The notes: a model not told the origin generated them from the letters alone. A stretch of 64,000 nt of DNA from an uncultured Rikenellaceae bacterium (GCA_944414825.1 CALYBN010000020.1:9277-73276); one strand, 5' to 3'. Numbered from the stretch's first letter, positions 51,361 to 61,763 are shown. Made by a program: numbers and translations.

Positions 51361-52905
51361 ATGAACAAGGAACTGATTATCAATGTAACGTCCAACGAAA
51401 TAACCATTGCGCTTCTGGAAGACAGGCAGCTGGTGGAGCTGAACAAGGAGAAGTGCAAGACGGGATTCGCGGTGGGGGACATCTACCTGGGCAAGGTGCG
51501 AAAGATCATGCCCGGGCTGAATGCCGCATTCGTGAACATCGGTTACGAGAAGGACGCATTTATACACTATTTGGATCTGGGGCCTCAGTTCACCTCGTTG
51601 CATAAATTGGTGGGGAAACTCGCTTCAAACAAGCGTACCCCCAAGTTCGGAAATATCAAACTGGATCCCGTACTCGGAAAAACGGGCAAACTCTCGGAGG
51701 TGATCGCCAGCGGGCAGCCTATCCTGGTGCAGATCGCCAAGGAGGCCATCTCGACCAAGGGGCCGCGTCTGACCTCTGACATATCGTTGGCGGGACGCCA
51801 CGTGGTGCTGATTCCGTTCTCGAACAAGATCTCGATTTCGCAGAAGATCCGTTCGAATGAGGAGCGGAAACGTCTGAAACGGATTGTTGACGCGACGTTG
51901 CCCAAGAATTATGGGGTGATCATCCGTACGGCGGCTGTCGGAAAGCAGGATGCGGATATCGAGGCAGACATCCGGACCTTGGTGGAGAAGTGGGAAACGG
52001 CGTTGAACAAGGTCCGCACGCAGGACCCGCCTGCTCTGCTTCTGAACGAGATGAATCGGGCAACGACCATTATCCGCGATCTGCTCAATGGGGCGTTCGG
52101 GGCCATCTATGTGGATGATCCGTCGACGTTTGAGGAGATTAAGGAATATATCCGTCAGATTGCTCCCGAGAAGGAGAAGATCGTGAAACTCTACAAGGGC
52201 AAGGTGCCCATATTCGATCATTTTGATATTTCGAAACAGATCAAGGGCCTGTTTGCCAAGTATGTGTCGCTGAAGAAGGGGGCTTACCTCATTATCGAAC
52301 ATACGGAAGCGCTTCACGTGGTGGATGTCAACAGCGGCAACCGGGCCAAGGTGGACGACGACCAGGAGCAGACGGCCATGGATGTCAACCTGGCAGCAGC
52401 CGAAGAGTTGGCGCGTCAGTTGCGCCTGCGGGATATGGGCGGCATTATCGTGGTGGACTTCATCGATATGCACAAGGGCGAGAACCGGCAGGCTCTGTAC
52501 GAAAAGATGCAGCAGCTGATGGCCGGCGACCGGGCCAAGCATACGGTGCTGCCGTTGTCGAAATTCGGACTGATGCAGATCACGCGTCAGCGCGTGCGAC
52601 CCGAGGCGATCTCCAACGTGAACGAAGTGTGCCCGACTTGTGGCGGAACGGGAAGTATCACGCCGACCATTTTGCTCGATCAGCAGATCGAGAACAAGAT
52701 CGCTTATTTTGTCCACGATCTGAAGGTGAAAAATATACGGATTATGGCTAATCCGATCGTAGCGGCCTTTTTGACCAAGGGCCTTTTCTCGATCCGGCGG
52801 CGATGGGCTCGGAGGTACCACTGTACGATCCGGGTCATCCCCGATCAGTCGAAAGGATTTGTTGAGGTGAAGTTCTTCGACCGGGAAGATAACGAACTGA
52901 TATAA
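51361..52905 (+). CDS. rng: Ribonuclease E/G family endoribonuclease (RNase G-like)
   Basis: 514 aa with an S1 domain (GDIYLGKVRKIMPGLNAAFVNIGYEKDAFIH) and a catalytic core (HVVDVNSG, GGIIVVDFIDM). Confidence 0.92.
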   Translation: MNKELIINVTSNEITIALLEDRQLVELNKEKCKTGFAVGDIYLGKVRKIMPGLNAAFVNIGYEKDAFIHYLDLGPQFTSLHKLVGKLASNKRTPKFGNIKLDPVLGKTGKLSEVIASGQPILVQIAKEAISTKGPRLTSDISLAGRHVVLIPFSNKISISQKIRSNEERKRLKRIVDATLPKNYGVIIRTAAVGKQDADIEADIRTLVEKWETALNKVRTQDPPALLLNEMNRATTIIRDLLNGAFGAIYVDDPSTFEEIKEYIRQIAPEKEKIVKLYKGKVPIFDHFDISKQIKGLFAKYVSLKKGAYLIIEHTEALHVVDVNSGNRAKVDDDQEQTAMDVNLAAAEELARQLRLRDMGGIIVVDFIDMHKGENRQALYEKMQQLMAGDRAKHTVLPLSKFGLMQITRQRVRPEAISNVNEVCPTCGGTGSITPTILLDQQIENKIAYFVHDLKVKNIRIMANPIVAAFLTKGLFSIRRRWARRYHCTIRVIPDQSKGFVEVKFFDREDNELI

Positions 52906-52921
52906 AACGAGCTATATTTCT

Positions 52922-55900
52922 ATGTCGCAACCTGCGATTACCGGTCTGGTCCGGAAACAGGAGAGTTACGGGCAGGTTCGGGAAGGATATGAAAGCTGTC
53001 TCACGACGGAGTTGGATGCTCTGTCGGGGTCGGCTTTTTCGTTGATGGCCGCCGCGTTGGTGGAGGAGACGGGAGGGGTACATGTCTTTGTGGCCGAGGA
53101 TAAGGATGCGGCGGGATATTTGTGTAACGATTTTTATAACCTGTTGGACCGCGACCGGGTGATGTTCCTGCCCACGGGCTATAAACGCTCCATACAGTAC
53201 GGGCAGGAGGATGCGTCGGGGATCGTACAGCGTACGGCTACGCTCAATGCCGTCAAGAACTTCACGGAGGGCTATCTGGTGGTGTGCACCTACCCGGAGG
53301 CACTGCTGGAGAAGGTGGTGGAGATGGAGCAGTTGCGCCGCAGTACGACCACGGTCCGGATCGGCGACCAGGTGTCGATTGCTTTTCTGGAGGAGACGCT
53401 CGTGGCCGATGAGTTCGAACGGGTGGACTTCGTCTATGAACCGGGACAGTATTCGGTGCGAGGAGGGATACTCGATGTCTTCTCCTATTCGGAGAACCGG
53501 CCGTTCCGGCTCGATTTTTTCGGTGATGAGATCGAGTCGATCCGTACGTTCGAGATCGCCTCGCAGCTTTCTACCGAGCGCCTGCAGAGCGTGGAGATCG
53601 TGCCCGATATGAAACGCGGCACGTTGGCCGGTCATAGGGTCTCCTTTGCGCAGTTCGCCGGCGAGGCTACCTACTGGTTGGACGACTTGGACTATACCCT
53701 GCAGCGATTCAATGACATCCGCACCAAGATTCTGAAAGAGTTGGAGGAGCCGTCGCAGATCGACAATATGGTCACGGGTAGCAAGAGCTTCGTGCGTGAA
53801 ACGGCGGCATGCCGCATGTTCCTCCGCAAGGCGTCGGCCAAGGAGCGCATGCCGGAGCGGACGGTCGATTTCCATACCGTACCACAGCCGGCTTTTAATA
53901 AGAAATTTGAATTGCTGGCAGAGGATATCCACGCCAACATGTTGCGCGGGTATCGGACTTATATCCTTTCAGAGAACAAGGCGCAGATCGAGCGCCTGCG
54001 TAATATTTTCAATTCGATCGGGGTACGCGATGTGGAGTTCTCGCCGCTGTCGCTGACGCTCCACGAGGGGTTCGTGAGCCACGAAATGAAGGTGTGCCTT
54101 TATACCGACCACCAGATTTTCGACCGCTATCATCGCTACCGGATCAACCGGGAGCTGGACCGCAGCGAGAGCCTCACGATCGCCGAACTGAATGCCCTCA
54201 AGGTGGGGGATTACGTGGTGCACATCGATCACGGCGTGGGACGCTTCGGCGGCTTGGTCAAGACGGTTGAGAACGGCCGCGTACACGAGGCAATCAAACT
54301 GGTCTATCGCGACAACGACGTGCTGTTGGTCAATGTGCATGCCCTGCATCGCATCTCGCGCTATAAGGACCGCGACAGCGAACCGCCCAAAATCTACAAG
54401 CTCGGCTCCGGGGCCTGGCAGCGCATGAAGGCTGCTACGAAGAAGGCCGTAAAGGACATTGCCCGTGAGTTGATCGCCCTCTATGCCCGTCGGAAAGCCA
54501 GCGGAGGGTATGCTTTCTCGCCGGACGGATATCTGCAGCATGAACTGGAGGCATCGTTTATCTACGAGGATACGCCCGATCAGGTGAAGGCCAACGAGGC
54601 GGTGAAGCACGATATGGAAAGCCCGCAGCCGATGGATCGCCTGGTGTGCGGTGACGTGGGATTCGGTAAGACCGAGGTGGCGATCCGGGCGGCATTCAAG
54701 GCCGTTTGTGATTCGAAGCAGGTGGCGGTGCTGGTCCCTACGACTATCCTGTCGTTGCAGCATTACCGTACTTTCAGCGACCGCCTGAAGGATTTTCCGG
54801 TGCGGATCGAGCACCTAAGCCGGGCCAAGAGTGCCAAGGAGGTGAAACAGTTGCAGGCCGATCTCGAGGCCGGTCGGATCGATATCCTGATCGGGACGCA
54901 TAAGATTCTGGGCAAAGGGGTGAAGTTCCACGACCTGGGGCTGCTGATTATCGACGAGGAGCAGAAATTCGGTGTGGCCAGCAAGGAGAAACTGCGCCAG
55001 ATGAGCGTGAGCGTTGATACACTGACGCTGACGGCTACGCCCATTCCGCGGACGCTGCAATTTTCGCTCATGGGCTCGCGCGACCTGTCGGTCATCAGCA
55101 CGCCTCCGGCCAATCGCCAGCCGATCGTCACCGAGTCGCACCTGTTCGATGAACAGATCATTAAGGAGGCAGTGGATTATGAACTGGCACGCGGCGGACA
55201 GGTCTATTTCGTACACAATCGCGTGGAGGATATTGAAAAGATTGCCGATCTGCTCCGCAAGGTGTGTCCCGATGCCCGCGTGGCGGTCGGGCACGGGCAG
55301 ATGAACCCGCAGGAGTTGGAGAAACTGATCATGGATTTCATCTATGGCGAGTTCGATGTGCTGGTGGCGACGACCATCGTGGAGAACGGCATAGATATTC
55401 CCAATGCCAATACGATCATTATCAACAATGCCCAGAACTTCGGGCTGAGCGACCTGCATCAGTTGCGGGGACGCGTGGGACGGTCGAACCGTAAGGCATT
55501 CTGCTATCTGCTCTCGCCGCCCGATGAGATGCTCTCGTCCGATGCCCGGCGCCGATTGCGTGCCATTGAGGAGTTTTCCGACCTGGGAGCAGGATTCAAT
55601 ATCGCCATGCAGGATCTGGATATTCGCGGTGCGGGGAATCTGCTGGGAGCCGAGCAGAGCGGGTTCATTGCCGATATCGGCTTCGAGACCTACCAGAAGA
55701 TCCTGAATGAGGCCATGGAGGAGTTGCGTGCTGAGGGGCTTGTGACCCCGGGAGCAGCGACGCAGAGCGACGAGCCGCAGGTTTTCCTGAGCGATGCGCA
55801 GATCGAAACCGATACGGAGGCTTTTATTCCGGACGATTACGTGAGCCAGAGCACGGAGAAGATCCGCCTATACCGCGAGTTGGACGGCATTACGGACGAA

Positions 55901-56269
55901 GAGCGGCTGCAGAAATTTGCAGCGGAGCTGGTCGACCGTTTCGGCCCCTTGCCGGCTGCGGTAACCGAGTTGTTCAACGTAGTCCGGTTGCGTCGCGCTT
56001 GTATGCGACTGGGTTTTGAGAAGGCAAAGGTGAAAAACGGCCTGATGATTCTGCAATTTATTGCAAATCAGGATAGTAGCTATTATAAAGGCGATCTGTT
56101 CATGGCGATCCTGCGCTATGTGACCAGCCATCAGCAAAATTTTGTGTTCCGTCAGAACAATAATAAGCTCTCTCTGACAGTTAGAAATATAAAGAATATG
56201 GAGAAAGCATATCGTGTTTTAGACGATCTTTATGAAAAAATTACGGCCGAAAAAAAAGTAATCGATTAA
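52922..56269 (+). CDS. mfd: Transcription-repair coupling factor
   Basis: 1115 aa. It has a UvrB-like N-terminus, an RNAP-interacting domain (VGDYVVHIDHGVGRF), and SF2 helicase motifs (GDVGFGKTEV, DEEQKFG, TATPIPRTL). Confidence 0.97.
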   Translation: MSQPAITGLVRKQESYGQVREGYESCLTTELDALSGSAFSLMAAALVEETGGVHVFVAEDKDAAGYLCNDFYNLLDRDRVMFLPTGYKRSIQYGQEDASGIVQRTATLNAVKNFTEGYLVVCTYPEALLEKVVEMEQLRRSTTTVRIGDQVSIAFLEETLVADEFERVDFVYEPGQYSVRGGILDVFSYSENRPFRLDFFGDEIESIRTFEIASQLSTERLQSVEIVPDMKRGTLAGHRVSFAQFAGEATYWLDDLDYTLQRFNDIRTKILKELEEPSQIDNMVTGSKSFVRETAACRMFLRKASAKERMPERTVDFHTVPQPAFNKKFELLAEDIHANMLRGYRTYILSENKAQIERLRNIFNSIGVRDVEFSPLSLTLHEGFVSHEMKVCLYTDHQIFDRYHRYRINRELDRSESLTIAELNALKVGDYVVHIDHGVGRFGGLVKTVENGRVHEAIKLVYRDNDVLLVNVHALHRISRYKDRDSEPPKIYKLGSGAWQRMKAATKKAVKDIARELIALYARRKASGGYAFSPDGYLQHELEASFIYEDTPDQVKANEAVKHDMESPQPMDRLVCGDVGFGKTEVAIRAAFKAVCDSKQVAVLVPTTILSLQHYRTFSDRLKDFPVRIEHLSRAKSAKEVKQLQADLEAGRIDILIGTHKILGKGVKFHDLGLLIIDEEQKFGVASKEKLRQMSVSVDTLTLTATPIPRTLQFSLMGSRDLSVISTPPANRQPIVTESHLFDEQIIKEAVDYELARGGQVYFVHNRVEDIEKIADLLRKVCPDARVAVGHGQMNPQELEKLIMDFIYGEFDVLVATTIVENGIDIPNANTIIINNAQNFGLSDLHQLRGRVGRSNRKAFCYLLSPPDEMLSSDARRRLRAIEEFSDLGAGFNIAMQDLDIRGAGNLLGAEQSGFIADIGFETYQKILNEAMEELRAEGLVTPGAATQSDEPQVFLSDAQIETDTEAFIPDDYVSQSTEKIRLYRELDGITDEERLQKFAAELVDRFGPLPAAVTELFNVVRLRRACMRLGFEKAKVKNGLMILQFIANQDSSYYKGDLFMAILRYVTSHQQNFVFRQNNNKLSLTVRNIKNMEKAYRVLDDLYEKITAEKKVID

Positions 56270-56275
56270 AATCCC

Positions 56276-56283
56276 TATCTTTG
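56276..56283 (+). promoter_or_regulatory. Candidate -7 promoter box (TATCTTTG) immediately upstream of coaX
   Basis: Lies within CCCTATCTTTG, identical to the 11-mer at 7528-7538, and ends 6 nt before the coaX ATG. Confidence 0.4.
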
Positions 56284-56289
56284 CACCAT

Positions 56290-57018
56290 ATGAACTTAGC
56301 CATAGACATAGGGAATACGTTGGCCAAAGCCGCCGTATTCGAACGAGAACAGGTGGTAGATACCTTCCGGAGCGAAACTCCCGATGCGGCATTCGTGGAG
56401 TCGATGTTCCGTGCCTATCCTGCTATTGATGCCGCAATTCTCGTCTCCTCGCGCGACAACTGTTTTGAGGTGGAACAAGCCGTGAAGAAACGGGTGAGGC
56501 GTTATATCCGTTTCGGAGCCGATGTTCCGGTGCCGGTGAAAAATCTGTACGATACACCCCAGACGCTGGGGTGCGATCGGCTTGCCGCTGCCGTAGGGGC
56601 CAATGCGCTCTACCCCGGTTCGAATGTGTTGATTGCCGATTTCGGAACGGCCATCACGATCGATATCGTGACGGCTCAAGGAGAGTTCTTGGGTGGAAAC
56701 ATCTCGCCGGGTGCGACGACGCGCTTCAAGGCTCTGCACGACTATACCGATCGACTGCCCATGGGATCGCTTGATGGGCAGGTTGCCCTGATCGGGAAAA
56801 ACTCGCAACAGGCGGTCGAAAGCGGTGTTGTGAATGGAATAGTCTATGAAATAGAGGGGTATATCGAGCGTTTTTCGCGGGAATATGCAGATTTACGGAT
56901 AATTTTTACAGGAGGAGATGGAAATTTCTTTGCTAAAAAGGTAAAAAATCCGATATTTGCAATTTACGATCTTGTGGTGTACGGTTTAAACAGAATCTTA
57001 GAATATAATGCAGATTGA
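56290..57018 (+). CDS. coaX: Type III pantothenate kinase
   Basis: MNLAIDIGNTLAKAAVFE, ADFGTAITID and an ASKHA fold pattern. The start is placed at the ATG at 56290. Confidence 0.9.
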   Translation: MNLAIDIGNTLAKAAVFEREQVVDTFRSETPDAAFVESMFRAYPAIDAAILVSSRDNCFEVEQAVKKRVRRYIRFGADVPVPVKNLYDTPQTLGCDRLAAAVGANALYPGSNVLIADFGTAITIDIVTAQGEFLGGNISPGATTRFKALHDYTDRLPMGSLDGQVALIGKNSQQAVESGVVNGIVYEIEGYIERFSREYADLRIIFTGGDGNFFAKKVKNPIFAIYDLVVYGLNRILEYNAD

Positions 57019-58309
57019 AAAGGCGATAAAAAGGACGGTTGCAGGCTTGTTGTTACTGCTCCCGATGGCTGTAGCGGCTCAGAGTAGCAGTATCAATACC
57101 TTCTCGCCATACACTTTTTACGGGATCGGCGATTTTTCGACTCCAGGAACGGCTAACCTGAGATCGATGGGTGGCGTGGGCGTAGGCTTCCGCGAACCGA
57201 TATCGATCAATTACCTGAATCCGGCTTCTTACAGTGTGATTCAACAGCGTTCGTTTTTGCTGAATTTCGGAATGGAGGGGCAGAATTTTTATTCCAAAAG
57301 TTCGGTGGCCAAGAATAGTTACAATACTTTTAACGTACGGGACGTAGCCATTCAGTTTCCGTTGGCGAAGAAGTTGGGCTTCGGTTTTGTGGTGACGCCG
57401 CTGAGCAACGTGGGTTACCGGGTAGAGATGACCGAGACCGATCCGAATATCGTGGCCAACCTGGGAGATGTGAAGTATAAATATGTGGGCGAGGGAGGTA
57501 TTACACAGATTAAGGCTGGTCTGGGCTGGGAGGTGTTTAAGAACTTCTCGATCGGGGCCGAAATGATCTATTACCTGGGAAATATCGAACGTTCTTTCAA
57601 TACGGAGATTACGGTTATTACGGGCGACGGGACATACAACAACCTGACAGCAACCAATACGGAGAACGTTTCGCGGGTATTTGCCGATTTCGGGCTGCAG
57701 TATGATGTCATCCGTAACAGTAAGCGTATGCTGACCCTGGGGGCAACCTACCAGTTGGGCGGGAGCCTGCGGCCGCAAGTGAAACGATACATTCCATCCG
57801 GGAATTTTGTGGGAGATACGGTTGCTTTCTCGCAGACGACCTCGCCGTTCAAACTTCCTTCGACGCTGTCGGTGGGGATGTTCTACCGGACGGCGAAAAT
57901 CGGAGTGGGAGCGGATTATGTATTCCAGAAGTGGAACGGGATCAATGCCGACGACTTGGAGAACAATATTCGGTATGTGAATACGAACACGGTGAAGTTG
58001 GGTATGCAGATCACCCCGAATCTATATGATATTCGTCATTTTATGAAGCGGTTGACGTATCGTTTCGGGTTCCGATATAGCGATTATTATATGCAGTTCG
58101 GGGGTGAGAAGATCGCCGACAAGGCGGTGACGCTGGGTGTCGGGATTCCGATTAAGACGCAGGGGCTTTCGAATATCAATGTAGGACTGGAGTTTGGCCA
58201 GCGAGGGACAACGCAGAAGGCTTTGATCCGGGAGCGATATCTGAAGTTCTCGATTGGGCTGTCTCTCTTCGGAGAGGATTATTGGTTCCGCAAGATGAAG
58301 TACGATTAA
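57008..58309 (+). CDS. Outer-membrane beta-barrel protein of unknown function (FadL/PorV-like by overall appearance only)
   Basis: Signal peptide ending AVAAQSS. Alternating aromatic/polar beta-strand patterns run throughout. It overlaps the coaX 3' end by 11 nt. Confidence 0.55.
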   Translation: MQIEKAIKRTVAGLLLLLPMAVAAQSSSINTFSPYTFYGIGDFSTPGTANLRSMGGVGVGFREPISINYLNPASYSVIQQRSFLLNFGMEGQNFYSKSSVAKNSYNTFNVRDVAIQFPLAKKLGFGFVVTPLSNVGYRVEMTETDPNIVANLGDVKYKYVGEGGITQIKAGLGWEVFKNFSIGAEMIYYLGNIERSFNTEITVITGDGTYNNLTATNTENVSRVFADFGLQYDVIRNSKRMLTLGATYQLGGSLRPQVKRYIPSGNFVGDTVAFSQTTSPFKLPSTLSVGMFYRTAKIGVGADYVFQKWNGINADDLENNIRYVNTNTVKLGMQITPNLYDIRHFMKRLTYRFGFRYSDYYMQFGGEKIADKAVTLGVGIPIKTQGLSNINVGLEFGQRGTTQKALIRERYLKFSIGLSLFGEDYWFRKMKYD

Positions 58310-58387
58310 GTAGGTAAAGATTAGGTAAATTAGGTAAAGATGATGTAAAAAAATATTAAGACGACAATCTAAAATTAATCTATAACA

Positions 58388-59719
58388 ATGAAACGTTTCT
58401 ACCAGAAATTGATGCTGCTGACGGCAGCCGTTGTGACGACAAGCGGTGTTTTTGCTCAATCGTCGTTTCTTGATGATCCCAAGTGGGGAGATTCGCCCGA
58501 AGACCGGCAAAAGAATGCTTTGGAGTATAACTTTTTGCGGGATACTTACAACAATCAAAATTACGATCAGGCCATAGGTTATCTTCGTGGACTGTTGCAG
58601 AATGCGCCGAAGGCTTCGGAGAATATCTATATTTATGGCAACAATATTTATAAGAATAAGATTGCTCGTTCGCAGAGTCTTGACGAAAAAAATGCCTATG
58701 TTGATTCGTTGATGATGCTTTATGATCTTCGTATTGAGCATTTCGGCGACAAGGAGGGTCGAGGCAAGCCTTATATCATGCAGTTGAAGGCCCGGGATTA
58801 TCTGACCTACAAGCCGGCCGATCGCGACGGCATTATGAAATTGTTTAAAGATGCATTGGCTGAGAGCGGCAATGATGTGGATCCGGATTTTGTCAACATC
58901 TATTTCAAGGAGTTGACCGACGACTACAAGCTCGATAACATCGATATGGATACCTACATGTCCGAATATGCTAATTTGGAGCAAATCATGATGGGTGTTG
59001 ACGATGCCGATGCCAAGAAGACCTTCGAGGCACTGTTCATCTCCAGCGGAGCAGCCGATTGCCCGAATCTGGAGAAGATGTTCTCCGCACAGTTGGCCGC
59101 CAAACCGGATGATGTAGATCTGCTGGCTAAAGCTTTCGGTCTGTTGACCAGTGGCGGTTGCAAGAGCGATTTTTATATCTCGGTTGGAGAGAAATATTAC
59201 GAGAAGCAACCCGATTCGCAGACCGCTCTGTTGGTGGCTTCGGCACTGGAGGAGAAGAAAGACTATGCAGGTGCCTTGAAGTATCTCCGCGCGGCGATTG
59301 CTACGGAAACTGATCCTAAGACCAAAGTGGATCTTTGCATCCGGATCGCCGGTTCGGAGATCGGTGCAGGCAATGCCAGCAATGCGGCCGATTTTGCTCG
59401 CCAGGCTATTGAAATTAATCCCGAAAGTGGGCTGGCTTATCTGGTTCTGGCACAGGCTTATGCGGTAGGTGCTAATGCCTGCCAGGGTTTTGCCAAACAG
59501 AGTATCTATTGGTTGGTATACGATACGCTTCTGAAAGCTAAACAACTGTTGGGCGAGGATGATCCGCAGGCTCAGACGGTTGATTCACAATTGGCTACGT
59601 ATCGTGCGGGCTTCCCGTCCAAGGAGGAGTGCTTCTTCCGTGGGCTGAAAGAGGGAGCTTCTTGCACGGTTAGCTGCGGCTGGATCTCCGGTCGGACCAC
59701 CGTTCGTCAGGGCAACTAG
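58388..59719 (+). CDS. Secreted all-helical, TPR-like repeat protein
   Basis: Signal peptide MKRFYQKLMLLTAAVVTTSGVFAQ. Repeated A/L/Y-rich helical pairs, for example YAGALKYLRAAIA and GLAYLVLAQAYA. Confidence 0.55.
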   Translation: MKRFYQKLMLLTAAVVTTSGVFAQSSFLDDPKWGDSPEDRQKNALEYNFLRDTYNNQNYDQAIGYLRGLLQNAPKASENIYIYGNNIYKNKIARSQSLDEKNAYVDSLMMLYDLRIEHFGDKEGRGKPYIMQLKARDYLTYKPADRDGIMKLFKDALAESGNDVDPDFVNIYFKELTDDYKLDNIDMDTYMSEYANLEQIMMGVDDADAKKTFEALFISSGAADCPNLEKMFSAQLAAKPDDVDLLAKAFGLLTSGGCKSDFYISVGEKYYEKQPDSQTALLVASALEEKKDYAGALKYLRAAIATETDPKTKVDLCIRIAGSEIGAGNASNAADFARQAIEINPESGLAYLVLAQAYAVGANACQGFAKQSIYWLVYDTLLKAKQLLGEDDPQAQTVDSQLATYRAGFPSKEECFFRGLKEGASCTVSCGWISGRTTVRQGN

Positions 59720-59742
59720 CCTGAGGTGAAATATACGATCCA

Positions 59743-60375
59743 GTGATTACACGGTTCGGATACAGAACATGTTGGGTAGCACTCCTTTTTGCGGGGAGTG
59801 CTATCGCATTTCTCTCCTGTAAGGATGACAAAAAGGCCGAGGAGGGAAATGTGGAGAATATCATGACACAACAGAGCGATTCGCTGACGATCATCTCATC
59901 GCAGAATGGCCGAAAGGCTTATCGTTTCGAGACGCCGCTGATGGAACGTTACGAGTTTGCCAAGGAGCCTTACATGGAGTTCCGGAAGGGGATTCAGATC
60001 GAGACGTTCGATTCTACAGGAGCGATCGAGTCGACGCTGGTAGCCGATTATGCAATTAATTTCGAGAAACAGCAACTGTGGGAGGCCAAAGGGAACGTGG
60101 TGGCGACTAATGCCAAAGGGCAGATTCTGCAAACCCAGCAGTTGTTCTGGAATCAGCGGCTCAAACGGGTCTATTCCAACATTGATTCGAAGGTGATCCA
60201 GGGGACCGATACGCTGGTGGGCGTGGGCTTCGAGTCGGATGAGGAGTTCGAGGAGTGGGAGTTCCGGCGTCCGCGCGGCAAACTGGCCGTGGATGTGGAA
60301 CCGACCCGCGACACGACGGGACATGAGCAGCCGGGCAGATCAAACGGCAGCGGCTCGGTGCGGACGGATGAATAA
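59743..60375 (+). CDS. lptC: LPS export periplasmic protein LptC-like (lipoprotein-type N-terminus, GTG start)
   Basis: 210 aa. LLFAGSAIAFLSC is a lipobox. The central beta-jellyroll-like region (LVADYAINFEKQQLWEAKGNVVATN...LFWNQRLKRVYSN) is typical of Bacteroidota LptC annotations. There is no in-frame ATG near the start. Confidence 0.6.
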   Translation: MITRFGYRTCWVALLFAGSAIAFLSCKDDKKAEEGNVENIMTQQSDSLTIISSQNGRKAYRFETPLMERYEFAKEPYMEFRKGIQIETFDSTGAIESTLVADYAINFEKQQLWEAKGNVVATNAKGQILQTQQLFWNQRLKRVYSNIDSKVIQGTDTLVGVGFESDEEFEEWEFRRPRGKLAVDVEPTRDTTGHEQPGRSNGSGSVRTDE

Positions 60376-60390
60376 TATTTTCGGGGAGCC

Positions 60391-61653
60391 ATGTTATTAC
60401 CGGTAGTCATAGTCATTATTACGGCACTGATTTTCTCCGCCTTTTTTTCAGGGATGGAGATCGCTTTCGTGACCTCCAACAAGTTGAAACTGGAGATCGA
60501 ACGGAAACAAAGCCGTACGTTCAATTATATCGCAGGCGTATTCTTGCGCCGGCCGGGCCAGTATATCACGACGATCTTGGTGGGAAACAACATTGCACTG
60601 GTCATCTATTCGCTCAATATGACCGTGTTGCTGAATGCCGTGGCTGCGCATTTTGGCTGGACGGTCAACGTCAGCTTTATCGTGGTGGAGACGATTGTGT
60701 CGACGATTATCATCATCTTTACCGCCGAGTTCATGCCCAAGGCCGTGGTCAAGCATAATCCGAATTTCTATCTGCGGGGGTTTGCCGTGCCGTTGTATGT
60801 GATCTACCTGCTGCTTTACCCGATCGCCAAACTGACCACTTGGATCTCGATTCTGTTGCTGCGTATTGCCGGTCTGCGGATCCGACCGGAACACAACATC
60901 CAGGGGTTCGACCGTACGGACCTGGCGCATCTGCTGGAGGAGGCCGGCGAGAGTGAGGCGGACGAAGAGACGGAGAGCGAGATCAAGTTGTTTCAAAACG
61001 CTATGGATTTCTCGGATTTGCGGGTGCGCGACTGTATGGTGCCGCGGGTCGACATCGAGGCGGTGGAGATCAACGAGCCGCTTGAGGTGTTGGCCAAGCA
61101 GTTCGTGGATACCAACTTTTCGCGTATTCTGGTCTACGAAGGGACGATCGACAACATCGTGGGATATGTCAATATCAAGAGCCTGTTCCGTCGCCCGAAG
61201 ACGATCCGGGAGGTGTTGATGAAGGTCGATTTTGTGCCCGAGAGTCTGCCGGCACAGAAACTGTTGACGACTCTGACCAAAGAGAACCGGTCGGTGGCGG
61301 TGGTGATCGATGAGTTCGGCGGTACGGCGGGGATGGTGTCGATGGAGGATATCCTGGAGGAGATCTTCGGGGAGATCGAAGACGAACACGACCAGCCGGA
61401 CATGGTGGAGAAGGTGACCGACGATGGGGCCTACATTCTTTCCTGCCGTTTGGAGGTGGATTATCTGAACGAGAAATACGATCTGCATATTCCCGAGTCG
61501 GAAGAGTACGATACCCTGGCCGGGTATATTATCTATAATTATGAGGGACTTCCGGCCCAGGGCGAAGTGGTGCGGATCGACGACAAGGAGATCCGGATCC
61601 TGCGCAAGAGCAGTTCGAAACTGGAATTGGCCCGGGTGAAGGTTGTGTCGTAA
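60391..61653 (+). CDS. Hemolysin-family protein with CNNM/DUF21 TM, tandem CBS and CorC_HlyC domains (GldE-like architecture)
   Basis: Four N-terminal TM segments, a CBS pair (MVPRVDIEAVEINEP...ILVYEGTIDNIVGYV), and a C-terminal transporter-associated domain. Confidence 0.85.
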   Translation: MLLPVVIVIITALIFSAFFSGMEIAFVTSNKLKLEIERKQSRTFNYIAGVFLRRPGQYITTILVGNNIALVIYSLNMTVLLNAVAAHFGWTVNVSFIVVETIVSTIIIIFTAEFMPKAVVKHNPNFYLRGFAVPLYVIYLLLYPIAKLTTWISILLLRIAGLRIRPEHNIQGFDRTDLAHLLEEAGESEADEETESEIKLFQNAMDFSDLRVRDCMVPRVDIEAVEINEPLEVLAKQFVDTNFSRILVYEGTIDNIVGYVNIKSLFRRPKTIREVLMKVDFVPESLPAQKLLTTLTKENRSVAVVIDEFGGTAGMVSMEDILEEIFGEIEDEHDQPDMVEKVTDDGAYILSCRLEVDYLNEKYDLHIPESEEYDTLAGYIIYNYEGLPAQGEVVRIDDKEIRILRKSSSKLELARVKVVS

Positions 61654-61693
61654 TTTTTTGAGAGAGATTTGCATGCGTATAGGATAAAATTAC

Positions 61694-61701
61694 TATCTTT
61701 G
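61694..61701 (+). promoter_or_regulatory. Candidate -7 promoter box (TATCTTTG) for ppiD
   Basis: TAnnTTTG match 63 nt upstream of the ATG at 61764. Confidence 0.45.
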
Positions 61702-61763
61702 AGCCTTATTATGGTCCGAGAGGACGTAAAACGGAACAAAATTAAATTAAACGTAGTTACAAT

